64,000 nt of DNA from Lingula anatina (lineage: Eukaryota; Animalia; Brachiopoda), in assembly GCA_051362555.1 (NCBI GenBank), contig CM120645.1, forward strand, positions 4,588,001-4,652,000, read 5' to 3'. The position numbers were made by a program, and so were the translations under genes. Under the pieces are notes generated by a model that made no database searches, was not told where the DNA came from, and saw only the letters and a list, made by a program, of their open reading frames with translations. Of the stretch, positions 13,805 to 26,200 are shown piece by piece; position 1 is the stretch's first letter, and the number at the start of each line of letters is the position of its first letter.

Positions 13805-14542
13805 AAATGTATAACTTGCAGAAAAAGAAGTCACTTAGACTGCTTTTCCAACTCAGACTGCATTTTAGTCCTGTATTTCTTTTTTGAAAGTTTGGCAATC
13901 ATAAGTAACATGGTTTTCCCATAATGGTCATCATGGCAGCAGCACCCAAAATTGTGTTTTCTTCTATTCTGATGCCATATTACATAATGCTTAACAGCAT
14001 AATGACCATCAGTTTTTAATAATAGAATATTAGTAACACGGACATTCAGAAAACGTGACAAGCAAAGGTCTTCAGGATCATGGAACTTCAAAGTCACACC
14101 TTGAAACGCCAATAAGTGAAAAATTAAATTTTCACAAAAAACTGTTTAATTGCCAGAAAAAATTACCAAACAGACTGCATTGCCTACTGAAGCTGTATTT
14201 TAGACCCATGTTTCTTTCCTGCAAGTTTGAAAACAGTAAGTGACATGATTTTTCTTAAAAGGTCATCATGGGAGCAGTGCCCAAAATAGGGGATTCTTCA
14301 AATTTTGATGCAACAGGGTTCTGCCAAGGTCTCAAAAAAGGGGGGAGAATTCTCCCCTCTGAGCATAAAAGTTGGGGAGATTTTGAAAAATAGTGGGAGA
14401 TCAGGAAAAATGATATTTTACATAAAAACATACACTGCTAGTCTGTACTGGTATTTTATTAAAGTTCACAAACTGAACTGATTCAACTTTGAAAGTAACT
14501 TTACATAGGCTGTATGTATATACAGTTGCAAATGATTTTTTT

Positions 14543-17500
14543 ATAAAGCATCTGCCTCATTATCATAGCGGAGCCAAGAATAATCTCTTAACCAATCGTG
14601 TTGAAATTTCTGTGGCACTACTTTCGGTTTCTTTCTTTCAGGCCCTTTGATGGTATTTGGTCTGCAGACCTAAAATTAAAGAAAAGTTAAAATTTTTCCT
14701 ACTTACAAACTTGTAATTTCTGGAACCAGACACCACAATCCAAAAGAATTTTTAGGTTTTGATGATTAATCATGACTTAATTAACACTTTTATCAGGAAA
14801 AATTGCATAATAGTGTTTGGGAAGGACATTTTTATCTTTGATTTATCAGTTTCACAATATTGACTACTTTTTAAAATAAAGGCTAAAGTAAAAAATATAG
14901 GTCACACATTTGGTTGAGTGCATTCTATGAAAATATCCTTGATTAGGAGGCCCTAACTTTTTTTTTTTGCAAATTACTAATTAGTATCCTCACACACATA
15001 TACAGAGGAATAAACATATCAGAAACAGGCCTCCTTACTTCTTCATTAAAGTTAAACATTTCCTTTTTTTCAAATTTTTATTCTCACACACACACACACA
15101 TATATATACACTATAGAGTGATAGGAATAAACATATCAAAAACGGGCCTCCTTACTTTTTTAACTTCTTTTTCATATTATCATACTCACATATAGAGGAA
15201 TAATCGTATCAAAAACGGGCCTATTACCTTTTTTTTTTTTACTTTCTTTCACATTTTCAAACGAAGTGTCAAGTGTCCTCCCAAAACGTAAAATAACAAG
15301 GCAGCAAAGCTGTCAAATGTACAGACAAAAAACAGGAAATAACTATGCACAAAATAGGCTACTGTCAATTCTGATGCAAAAATACATTATGTTAAACTGC
15401 AAATTCAACATCAAATTTTAATTATCCTCAACAGGTAATACCAATGTAATTAAAATATGTGACAAGTTTACACTTTGAAAATGTATAACTTCCAGAAAAA
15501 GAAGTCAATTCGACTGCTTTTCCAACTCAGGCTGTATTTTAGTCCTGTATTTCTTTTTTGAAAGTTTGGCAATCATAAGTAACATGGTTTTCCCATAATG
15601 GTCATCATGGCAGCAGCACCCAAAATCGTGTTTTCTTCTATTCTGATGCCATATTACATAATGGTTAACAGCATAATGACCGTCAATTTTTAATAATAAA
15701 ATATACGTATCATGGATTTTCAGAAAATGTGACTAGCATGGGTCTTCAAGCCCGTGGAACTTCAAAGTCACACCTTGAAAATGCCAATATGTGAAAAATT
15801 AAAATTTCACAAAAAAACTGTTTAACTGGCAGTAAGAATTACCAAACAGACTGTATTTCCTACTGAAGCTGTATTTTAGTCCCATGTTTCTTTCCTGTAA
15901 GTTTGAGAACAGTAAATGACATGGTTTTTCTTAAATGGTCATCATGGGAGCAGTGCCCAAAATAGTTTTTTTTTTCAAATTTTGATGCAATATTACATAA
16001 TGTTTAACAGCATAATGACCATCAATTTTAATAATAAAATATTAGTAATATGGATATTCAGAAAATGTGACTAGCAAAGGTCTTCAGGCCCATGGAACTT
16101 CAAAGTCACATCTTGAAAATGCCAAAATGTAAACGAGACAGCACTGTTCTGAAATGTTTTTTTTTCCATTTTTAACAATTTTTAACATAAAACAAAATTA
16201 ACAGTTTTCTGCCGTTTTTATATGATCAACTAAGAAAATTGATCAGATGGGAAAAATATCAACAGAGCAGTGTTAAATGTCCAATTTCTTCCATTCTAAG
16301 ATTCTGAACATAGTGAATGATTGAATCTGACAAACTGCAATGATATGGGTTTATTTCCATTTTTGAAACTTTATTACACAACACACGATAACAAGTTTAC
16401 CATACATAATCAACTAATAATGTTGTAAAGATGCAGGAAATGCCAAACAAACACTTTTACGTATCTTATTAGTTCAATAATGAAACTGTTTACATGCCTC
16501 AGAATTGAATCTGAGGAAATGTGAAAAAACTGCATTTCTTTAAAATAATGGCCCGCTTATGCTGATTTTTTAACTCAACCTGCGTTTTAGCAGGAATGAC
16601 CACTCCTGTAAGTTTAATGACAATTGGCCTATCTGTTTTTCTTATATTGTGTTAACAGTGTTGCATATATGCTGAAAAGTGAAAAAAAAAGCATAACTAC
16701 TAAAATAGTGGCCCGATCCTGCCGATTTTCGAACTTGACCTGCGTTATAGTAAGATAGATTACTCCTGTGAGTTTCATGACAAAAAGCCTATCAGTTTTC
16801 CTTGAAATGTGTTTACAGTGTTGCATATATGCTGAAAAGTAAAAAAACAGCATAACTTCTACAATAATGGCCCGATCATGCTGCTTTTCGAACTTGACCT
16901 GCATTTTATGAATATTCATCAGCTCTGTAAATATACAGCCAAAAAGTAAAACTTTCTTCCACTTATCGTGTTTACAATGAAAGTGCACGGCGCCGGCGAC
17001 AGCGATGGCAACGACGGCGATGACAGACGCAGGTGATGGCAATATGTAAGGACACATCTGTACATATTAACTGTACTGTTTGAGAACAGTAAGTGACATG
17101 GTTTTTCTTAAATGGTCATCATGGGAGCAGTGCCCAAAATAGTTTTTTTTTTCAAATTTTGATGCAATATTACATAATGTTTAACAGCATAATGACCATC
17201 AATTTTTAATAATAAAATATTAGTATCATAGTCAAACAGAAAACGTGACTAACAAAGGTTTTTAGGTCGATGGAACTTCAAAGTCACACCTTAAAAATGC
17301 CAAAATGTAAACAAGACTGCACTGTTCTGAAATGGGTTTATTTCCATTTTTAACACTTTTTTAACATAAAACAAAATTAATAGGATACTGCCATTTTTTA
17401 TATGATCAACTAAGAAAATTGATGAGATGTGAAAAATATCAATAGAACAGTGTTAAATGTCCAATTTCTTCCATTCTGAGATTCTGAACATAGTGAATGA

Positions 17501-18755
17501 TTGAATCTGACAAACTGCAATGATATGAGTTTATTTCCATTTTTGACACTTTATTACACAATACACGATAACAAGTTTACCATCACTTTTACATAATCAA
17601 CTAACAATGTTGTAAAGATGAAGGAATGTCAAACAAACACTTTTACGTATCTTATTAGTTCAATAATGAGACTGTTAACATGCCTAAGAATTGAATCTGT
17701 AGAAATGTGAAACAAGACAGCACTGTTCTGAAATGGGTTTTTTCCCATTTTTAACAATTTTTTTACACAAAACAAAATTAACAGTTTACTGCCATTTTTA
17801 TATGATCAACTAAGAAAATTGATGAGATGGGAAAAATATCAATAGAATAGTGTAATATGTCCAATTTCTTCCATTCTGAGATTCTGAACATAGTGAATGA
17901 TTGAATCTGACAAACTGCAATGATATGAGTTTATTTCCATTTTTGACACTTTATTACACAATACACAATAACAAGTTTACCATCATTTTTACATAATCAA
18001 CTAACAATGTTGTAAAGATGCAGGAAATGTCAAACAAAGACTTTTATGTATCTTATTAGTTAAATAATAAGACTGTTAACATGCCTAACAACTGAATCTG
18101 AGGAAATGTGAAAAAGCAGCATAACTTCTAAAATAATGGCCCGATTATGCTGATTTTCGAACTCAACCTGCGTTTTAGTAAGATTGACCACTCCTGTGAG
18201 TTTAATGACAATTGGCCTAACGGTTTTCCTTAAAATGTGTTTACAGGGTTGCATATATGCTGAAAAGTGAAAAAACAGCATAACTTCTACTATAATGGCC
18301 CGATCATGCTGATTTTCGAACTTGACCTGCGTTTTATGAATATTCATCAGCTCTGTAAATATAAAAGCTAAAAATAAAACTGTGTTCCACTTATCGTGTT
18401 TACAAGGAAAGTGCACGGCATCGGCATCGGCATCGGCATCGGCATCGCCATCGGCGACGACAGACGCAGGTGATGGCAATATGTACAGACACATCTGTGT
18501 CTGTACATAAAAATGCCACGGAATGAGCATAGAGTCTACCTTTATCGTCAACGAACTGTCATTTTCATCTGGAGTCGCAACTTCAGAAATTTGTTTCTTC
18601 CTTTTCTCAGACTTGTCAGGCGGAGAGACGGATTCATCTGAGGGGGGATTAACAGGAGTCTGACCTGATTTTTCACCGCTTGCCGAAGACTTTGGCATAA
18701 AGCTTAAAATCGATCTTTGTTTTTTAACTTTCGCTTTCGGCGAGGAAGCCGCCAT
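14543..18755 (-). pseudogene. Truncated hAT-type transposase (exon 1 18755-18540, exon 2 14669-14543)
   Basis: Exon 1 MAASSPKAKVKKQRSILSF...LTIK|gtagac joins in phase 0 to acceptor ttttag|VCRPN...QKFQHDWLRDYSWLRYDNEADAL*. This resembles the start of the TTF-type zinc finger (FQxxWxxxYxWLxY) but stops before the expected CxxC. Confidence 0.7.
15296..18510 (-). mobile_element. HINE family 1 copy C, inside the hAT intron
   Basis: Both termini are present; A-run flanks; internal partial duplications. Confidence 0.85.
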
Positions 18756-19406
18756 TTTAACCACGCTTCATCAGGCTGGATATCACTGTCACGCCGTCTA
18801 TCATTGGTTGACTATCCCGCGAAATGAGAGAACCGCTCAACTAACTTTAGTGCAGCGGAGTCACACGAGGATTGCCGATTGGACTGTAGTCATGAAGAGG
18901 TACTATTGATATTACGACAACAAATGACGACGCTGCTTGAAACGATCTTTTACGAGGGTACATCGGAAACACACACATGGCGACGTTAGCTACACTGTGT
19001 TAACAAGTCAATGCAGCGGACGATGCGAAGAAATTTATACCGGTGATGATTATTTAGATAAACAATTTTAGACGCCACTCTCAATGTGTCTTTTATCATC
19101 TCAAGAACAATGATAGCACCCTCACTCGGTTTGTATGCGAGAATTTTCGCATCTTTGGTAATTTTTGTGCGAGAATTTTATTTTTTTGGCGAGAATCTCG
19201 CAGAATCGCGGCCTCGGCAGAACCCTGATGCAATATTACATAATGTTTAACAGCATAATGACCATCAATTTTTAATAATAGAATATTAGTAACATGAACA
19301 TTCAGAAAATGTGACAAGCAAAGGTCTGCAGGCTCATGGAACTACAAAGTCACACCTTGAAAATGCCAATATGTGAAAAATTAAATTTTCACAAAAAACT
19401 GTTTAA

Positions 19407-20589
19407 CTCATTGTCCCCTACCGCCGTCATTTGCCGACAATGTTTTCTTATTTCTATCCCGAGCGTCGTCATTTGACGTCGTAATATTAATAGTACCCAT
19501 TCCCGACTGCCGTCATATGACGGCATCCAATATGGCGGGCCCCTTGCCTAGCGACTTCATATGACGGCATGAGAAAGAAACTTTGATAGGTAGGTTTTAA
19601 ATAGCTCATTTTCTGATTGGTTGTTGCTTTTCTTTTGGCCAATCAAAAGGAGAGTACTATAGAACAAAATGTAAACATTTTGAGGGTTGCGGGAAATCTA
19701 CATATGGAGGAAATACAGAGTATTTTTCATGAGAGCTCTGGGTCTGAATTTTCGGGATTTGTTAGTGACAGTGAGTCTGACAGCAATAATTTGAGCTATA
19801 TTTCTTTTGAATAACACTTTACAGACATAGTCTGAAAGTGAATTAGGCAGCATTAGTGAAGATTTTAGAAGAAGTCAGTGGGAAAACGATCTGTGGGAGG
19901 TGGACAAGGAGCTTTTCTGTGGTGAACTACCTGGATTCACACATGAACTGCCGGGTGACAAAGACGAACTAGACTTTAAAAACTGTTCTTTACTGATAAA
20001 ATACTGAACAATTTGTTGGAAAATATAAATGCATATGCAACATACAATGACTCTAAGTGGAAAGAACAACTAAAAGCATGTCTAGGTGTCAGGGTTCATG
20101 TAGTATTTTTAAGTTGATGCTTATCTTATCACAACTGCATAATATAGATAATAAATATACTTTTTTGTAATCTGATGCTCATCTTTTAATTATATTTTGT
20201 AGAATTTTGTCTTTTTTTGTACCTGTTGATATAATCTAAAGAAGTATTATGATGTATATTTTATATACCGTATTTATAAACAGTTGTTGAACTTATATTC
20301 ATTGTTCAATTTTTATAGACCAAATAATTCGGACTTGATCTTCCCCATTCAATAAATAACAATATTTTGAATATGTCCAGTTATAAAGAATTTCATATTA
20401 TACCAATTTCATGCCTTAAGAACCCTGAAAATTTGGAACAAACAAAACAACAGACCTAGAAAAAGGCCATATTGAATTTCCTCAGGGATATAGGAGAGTG
20501 CTGACAGTGGCGCCACCACATGGTGGTGGCCAGATTTGGTGTTAATGGCTGTAGGGGATCGTGCAGCAGTCACTGCAGGGGACAATGAG
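19407..20589 (+). mobile_element. piggyBac-like non-autonomous element
   Basis: TTAA TSD (19403-19406, 20590-20593) and TIR ctcattgtcccct. Acidic remnant ESSGSEFSGFVSDSESDS resembles piggyBac transposase N-termini. The empty site aactgtttaactgccag is at ~20921. Confidence 0.85.
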
Positions 20590-23500
20590 TTAACTGCCAG
20601 AAAAAATTACCAAACAGACTGCATTGCCTACTGAAGCTGTATTTTAGACCCATGTTTCTTTCCTGTAAGTTTGAAAACAGTAAGTGACATGGTTTTTCTT
20701 AAATGGTCATCATGGGAGCAGTGCCCAAAATAGGGGTTTCTTCAAATTTTGATGCAATATTACATAATGTTTAACAGCATAATGACCATCAATTTTTAAT
20801 AATGGAATATAAGTAACATGAACATTCAGAAAATGTGACTAGCAAAAATCTGCAGGCTCATGGAACTTCAAAGTCACACCTTGAAAATGCCAATATGTGA
20901 AAAATTAAATTTTCACAAAAAACTGTTTAACTGCCAGAAAAAATTACCAAACAGACTGCATTGCCTACTGAAACTGTATTTTAGCCCCATGTTTCTTTCC
21001 TGTAAGTTTGAAAACAGTAAGTGACATGGTTTTTCTTAAATGGTCATCATGGGAGCAGTGCCCAAAATAGGGGTTTCTTCAAATTTTGATGCAATATTAC
21101 ATAATGTTTAACAGCATAATGACCATCAATTTTTAATAATAGAATATTAGTAACATGAACATTCAGAAAATGTGACTAGCAAAGGTCTGCAGGCTCATGG
21201 GACTTCAAAGTCATGTCTTAAAAATGCCAAAATGTAAACAAGACAGCACTGTTCTGAAATGGGTTTATTTCCATTTTTAACACTTTTTAAACATAAAACA
21301 AAATAAATATTTTACTGCCATTTTTATATGACCAACTAAGAAAATTGATGAGATGGGAAAAATATCAATAGAACAGTGTTAAATGTCCAATTTCCTCCAT
21401 TCTGAGATTCTGAACATAGTGGATGATTGAATCTGACAAACTGCAATGATATGAGTTTATTTCCGTTTTTGACACTTGATTACACAATACATGATAACAA
21501 GTTTCCCATCATTTTTACATAATCAACTAACAATGTTGTAAAGATGCAGGAAATGTCAAACAAACACTCTTACGTATCTTATTACTTAAATAATAAGGCT
21601 ATTAACATGCCTAAGAATTAAATCTGAAGAAATCTGAGGAAATGTGAAAAAACAGCATAACTTCTAAAATAATGCCCCGATTATGCTGATTTTCGAACTC
21701 AACCTGTGTTTTAGTAAGACTGACCATTCCTGTGAGTTTAATGACAATTGGGCTTTCTGTTTTTCTTATATTGCGTTTACAGTGTTGCATATATGCTGAA
21801 CAATGAAAAAAACGCATAACTACTAAAATAGTGGCCCGATCATGCTGATTTTCGAACTAGACCTGCGTTTTAGTGCGATTGATTACTCCTGTGAGTTTCG
21901 TGACAACAGGCCTAACGGTTTTCCTTGAAATGTGTTTACAAGGTTGCATATATGCTGAAAAGTGAAAAAACAGCATAACTTCTACAATAATGGCCCGATC
22001 ATGCTGATTTTCGAACTTGACCTGCGTTTTATGAATATTCATCAGCTCTGTAAATATAAAGCCAAAAAGTGAAACTGCCTTCCACTTATCGTGTTTACAA
22101 GGAAAGTGCACGCCGCGGGCGACGGCATTGGCATCGGCATCGGCGCCGGCGACGACAGACGCAGGTGATGGCAATATGTACAGACACATCTGTGTCTGTA
22201 CATAATAAAAAAGAATATAATTATTTCTATTTGCACGGTTGAAAAAAATGCCATCATAGACTGCATAAAACTGGAAAACTGTAGCAACTTAATCATTCTT
22301 ATGACTTCATTTATTACTGCTTACGTGTAAAATTTTTGTTTTTGTTCTTCTATTGATATAATAAAATGGTTTTACTCACAGATGCTACTTTCATGAGTAT
22401 AGAGTGCTTGAGTATAGAGTTGACTTAAAAGATATTTTAAGTTAATATAGTAAATAATAGTTTGAAATTCAATATTCTCATCTTTATTTGTTTCACTTTA
22501 AAGAGCTCAGTGAATACTAAAATTTCTGATATATTTTGTACATCAATATATTTATGAATGAATAAAAATTATTCTTAATGTATAGCACTGTGCACTTGTT
22601 TACCAACAAATATGAACAGTGTTAGTACGTGTCAAATAATCCTGAAAAAAAGGGAAATTTCCAAGATAAAGAAATTTATAACAAGTATTCAGTAAACTGA
22701 CGTGTCGTGGCATTGCCTCAACCTTGGATTAAAATTTTAATTAAATGCATTATAATATTAAAATTATACCGAGTGAGAGAAAAAATACTTTAAGAAATTT
22801 AAAACCAGACACAAAGCGTAGGCACTGTCACAATGTATATGTTTATGGGACCCAAGGGCAGGAGGGTCCAAACGTTAATGTATTAATATTATGTCCTTTG
22901 GCAGTGAGGACAGACGTTCACTTGAACGTCATTTTCACAAACCACAGTTGGGACGTTTTCTTTTGACTTCTCCTTGGTAGGTATATCAGAAAAATTTTCA
23001 AACTGATCAGAAAATTAAAATACTTATATCATCTGAAAGGTAATGCAAAAACCGGATGAAATCATTTGGAATTTTTTAAATATTCCTACAAGCAACAAAG
23101 ATATTGAAGTTTTTTAACTGCAAAAATCCACCAAAAGTGTCCACACTTCTCAGCTCAAAACCTGTGCCCACTGACCAGCAGTGATCACTCAGGCGCAGCA
23201 GAGCACCCTGTGTGTCTTTGTGTGCTCAGCCTATTGTCTGGCTCACATAGCCTGTGACTAATCAGGGCAGAGCTATTTCCCTGTGGTAATTTTCACATCA
23301 TGTAATATTGCGGATTAAATTAACTATACTTCGCAACCTTCAAATTTCATGATTTTTCTACATAATATAGCAAATTTCATAAACTTTGCTGGATATAAAT
23401 TTCAAAAAGATGATACCAGCACTAACCTGAAATTTTTTAGCATTTTGTAGAGGCAAAACTTAAAACAAGCAGAACCGAAACTTGTCAAAGACTGCAACAT

Positions 23501-24066
23501 GGGAAAATCACGTGACCGGATTTTACTCTTTGATTTACAACTTATTTAGTTAATGGCTTGTATTAGTTTTTTTACGCAGCGCTAAAAGAGAGATTTAAAA
23601 AAGGGGTTCCATAGGCGAACTGTCAGCAGGCCGACTTCAGTTTAACACTTCACTGCCCGTGGACAGTTACGACTGTAGCGCCCCTAGCGGATTGTGATCT
23701 ACCTATCCTTGGTGATTTTTCACCGGGTTGTGCCATAAAAAAGCCATCTATCACCGACTAAAAAAAGCTCATGGCGACCATCCTCAGTCACCACCTTATA
23801 ATCGCTTTCTATGATATCGTTCCCTTCCAGCACATCGTCCAAATAATTACCTGTGAAAAAAATCGTCAGCATACAGCGGCGCTTTGACATTACTGATCTC
23901 GAATTCTAACGCGAAATAACGCATATGAAATTTATCTCCAAGCTGAGGAGAGCGACGCAGACGAAACCTTGAGACCGGAGGCCCCCCGTAGCTAGCTCCG
24001 CCCACCGTAACAGACATCGGACAATAGAAAGGCTTGCGTGTAATCTCCTTCTGTTATAACTCCTTG

Positions 24067-24307
24067 ATCAGACAAACCCAGATCTTATTATGTGGAATCC
24101 AATGGTGGAAATTACCGACGCAACAGGAAACACATTCATAAGACAAAAGAACATTTTGATTTCAGAAACAATGAGATTGAGGAAACTGATGAACCTCTTG
24201 TTGACATTACAAACACAGAGACTGTTACAAAATGTGAAACACCTCAATCTCAACCCTTACGCAGATCAAGCAGGAACATTAAACCTCCAGAGAGACTGAA
24301 CTTATGA
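24067..24307 (+). pseudogene. Gypsy-type pol C-terminus, 3' part
   Basis: SDKPRSYYVESNGGNYRRNRKHI...LRRSSRNIKPPERLNL*, with the typical PRSY..YRRNR and RRSxR.KPPxRL motifs. Confidence 0.85.
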
Positions 24308-24603
24308 ATAAATTCAGTAATAGTGACTGTAACAAGTCAGTTGTGAAAGTGTCACAAATTGACTGTAATTTAAATAAGCTTAATCATAATTGTTTCATTT
24401 ATGAACTCTGGACTTGAGATTCTGTTGACTTTTGTGTTAAAAAAAAAAAAAAAAAAAAAAAAACATTTACATGTGCCTATGAACTGTGAACATTGAAATG
24501 TCTTGGAGACAAAGACAACACGGACAGTGAACTGATTATGTTTATTAGCAACTTAAAAAAAAAAATAATTCCAGGATTTATTTTAATTAAAAAAAAAGGG
24601 AGA

Positions 24604-24737
24604 TGTTGCATATTGTAATGTAATTAACATATCTCCCATAATGCATTGTTCTTTCTCTACCAGTTAGCCAGCATGGCTGGTTGTGTTATGTAATAAATGA
24701 GTTATTAAAAAATGTTAACTTGAGTTACATAACAACA
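24604..24737 (+). mobile_element. Short 3' LTR of the Gypsy element, preceded by a polypurine tract
   Basis: PPT a(n)gggaga ends at 24603; TGTTG...CAACA termini; internal AATAAA. Confidence 0.7.
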
Positions 24738-25539
24738 GAAAAACTACGACATAGAGCTTTGTTTACAAGGTATGGTTTTCTGGTAAGCGATCGCACTACT
24801 TCTGTAGCGTACTGGCACGTGACGTGTTAGGGTGGATGGAGTGTGATCAAGATGTAGTCTCTCCAAAACAAAATTAAGGTAAATACGGAGGCAATGCAAC
24901 AGCTATATAGAATAGCTTTGAAAAATTGTATGGATTGCATTAATTTAAAGATTTGTATGCATGCGAGTGCCTGGATCTGTATGCGCTAATTAATGCGGAA
25001 TAATTTGAGCATATATATATATATATGCACTGCAAATTTTAATTTGTCACTACCACGTACACCTCCAGCATTCTTAGGTCTACAGGTTATCTTATCTTTT
25101 ATGTTTTAAAATAGGCTTCGTTGTCATTGTTGCGCTCTTCGAAGTAAGTCGGACATGATGTTCATGTTAAAACTGCCCATGCAAATACATGTAATTTGAT
25201 TCTGAAGAAATAGGTCAGGGACATATCTTGACAAACGTAGACTCTACTCATTCTAACTCAGTAAACATTTCAATGAATGCACTTTTTAGCACTGTGCACA
25301 CAAAAGAAATGTTTTTCAAGGGATCAACTAACATTTTTTTTTTGTCTGCTGCTTTTTATATCAATACTATGGGAAACGAAAGAACAAATTAAATGTAGAG
25401 CTACGAAAGAGGTCGAGGTTCAACTGAGCTCATGCAACAGAAATTTATAAATGTCAGCTCGACAATCAGTGGCGCATTAATACAGCATTTGTCCTATATA
25501 TATAGTCAGAGGAGAACTCGGTAGGCTACCAGTATCCTT

Positions 25540-26200
25540 AAAAATCCAAACACAACTTATAAAATTAGGCAAAAATATTAAACCTGGAAGATAATTAATA
25601 GTTTATTGAAACAGGCCTACCTGGATGAAACAGAAACTTACAATCTTTTAAGAACATCCAATCTAACAGAGGTAAAGCAGGAAAACATGTCATGGTGCGC
25701 ATTAAAGGTGTGAGACAAATACTTTTTGGTGATGTGTGGCTAGACCAAAGATATGATAAAAACTATCCAACGGTTTAGGGAAAGAATCAGGGACAGAATA
25801 ACACAAGAATGGCAGAGAGACATAACCAACACCAAGTCCAAATTGCAACTTTGATCATTGTCAATACAAGAACAAATATGTGAAGGAAAGATAATTAGAT
25901 ACAATTAAAGATAGAGATAAATGTACCACCTTAACTAGATTCCGTGTAAGTGCACACAACCTAGACATGAAAAAATTCCTCAAGCAGACAGAATTTGCAA
26001 AAAGTGTAATTCTGGGGAAGTAGAAGATGAAACCCATTTCCTAATGTGTCGTGCCCTCTTTATACAGATCTCCGATATGATCAATGTACAAAAAACAATA
26101 TAGTAACTTTGAGCATCTTACCAGAATGGATAAATTTATAACACTAATGACTGGTAAGAAGAATAAACATAAATGATTGCTCTTGCCAAATATTTATGCC
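25540..26200 (+). pseudogene. Decayed LINE ORF2 3' end
   Basis: LTRFRVSAHNL..ADRICKKCNSGEVEDETHFL..C..YTDLR-type C-terminal zinc knuckle, with frameshifts. Boundaries approximate. Confidence 0.7.

Larger units (their letters stand above)
14314..19227 (-). mobile_element. hAT-like internal-deletion derivative
   Basis: TIR cagggttctgcc(a/g)agg. Target duplication atgcaa (6 bp, or 8 bp tgatgcaa if the right end lost TG). Contains spliced transposase N-terminal exons. Confidence 0.8.
8988..22205 (-). mobile_element. HINE family 1 copy A (about 2.5 kb own sequence plus four nested insertions)
   Basis: 3' hairpin end at 8988 and 5' end atgtacagacacatctgtgtctgtacataa at ~22176-22205. GC-rich microsatellite and ~160-bp internal repeats. 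A-run flanks, no TSD. Confidence 0.8.
8396..24066. mobile_element. P-superfamily-like non-autonomous TIR element, 15.7 kb including nested insertions
   Basis: Perfect 31-bp TIR caaggagttataacagaaggagattacacgc (8396-8426, 24036-24066) and 7-bp TSD atcagac (8389-8395, 24067-24073). CAAGG ends with a 7-bp TSD fit the P superfamily. No transposase seen. Confidence 0.85.

Noticed and set aside
18060-18764. 234-aa ORF as a single protein
   Set aside because: It is a chimera: hAT exon 1 read through its splice donor into HINE-1C.
12281-22296. Recurring ORFs (MCLYILPSPASVV..., HKTQVKFENQHDRAII...) that look like a paralogous gene family
   Set aside because: They are chance translations of the HINE-1 5' end and its ~160-bp repeats. 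Frames break differently in each copy.
23675-23690. CTCF-like gcgcccctagcgg
   Set aside because: One base short of the core spacing, and an isolated motif without support.
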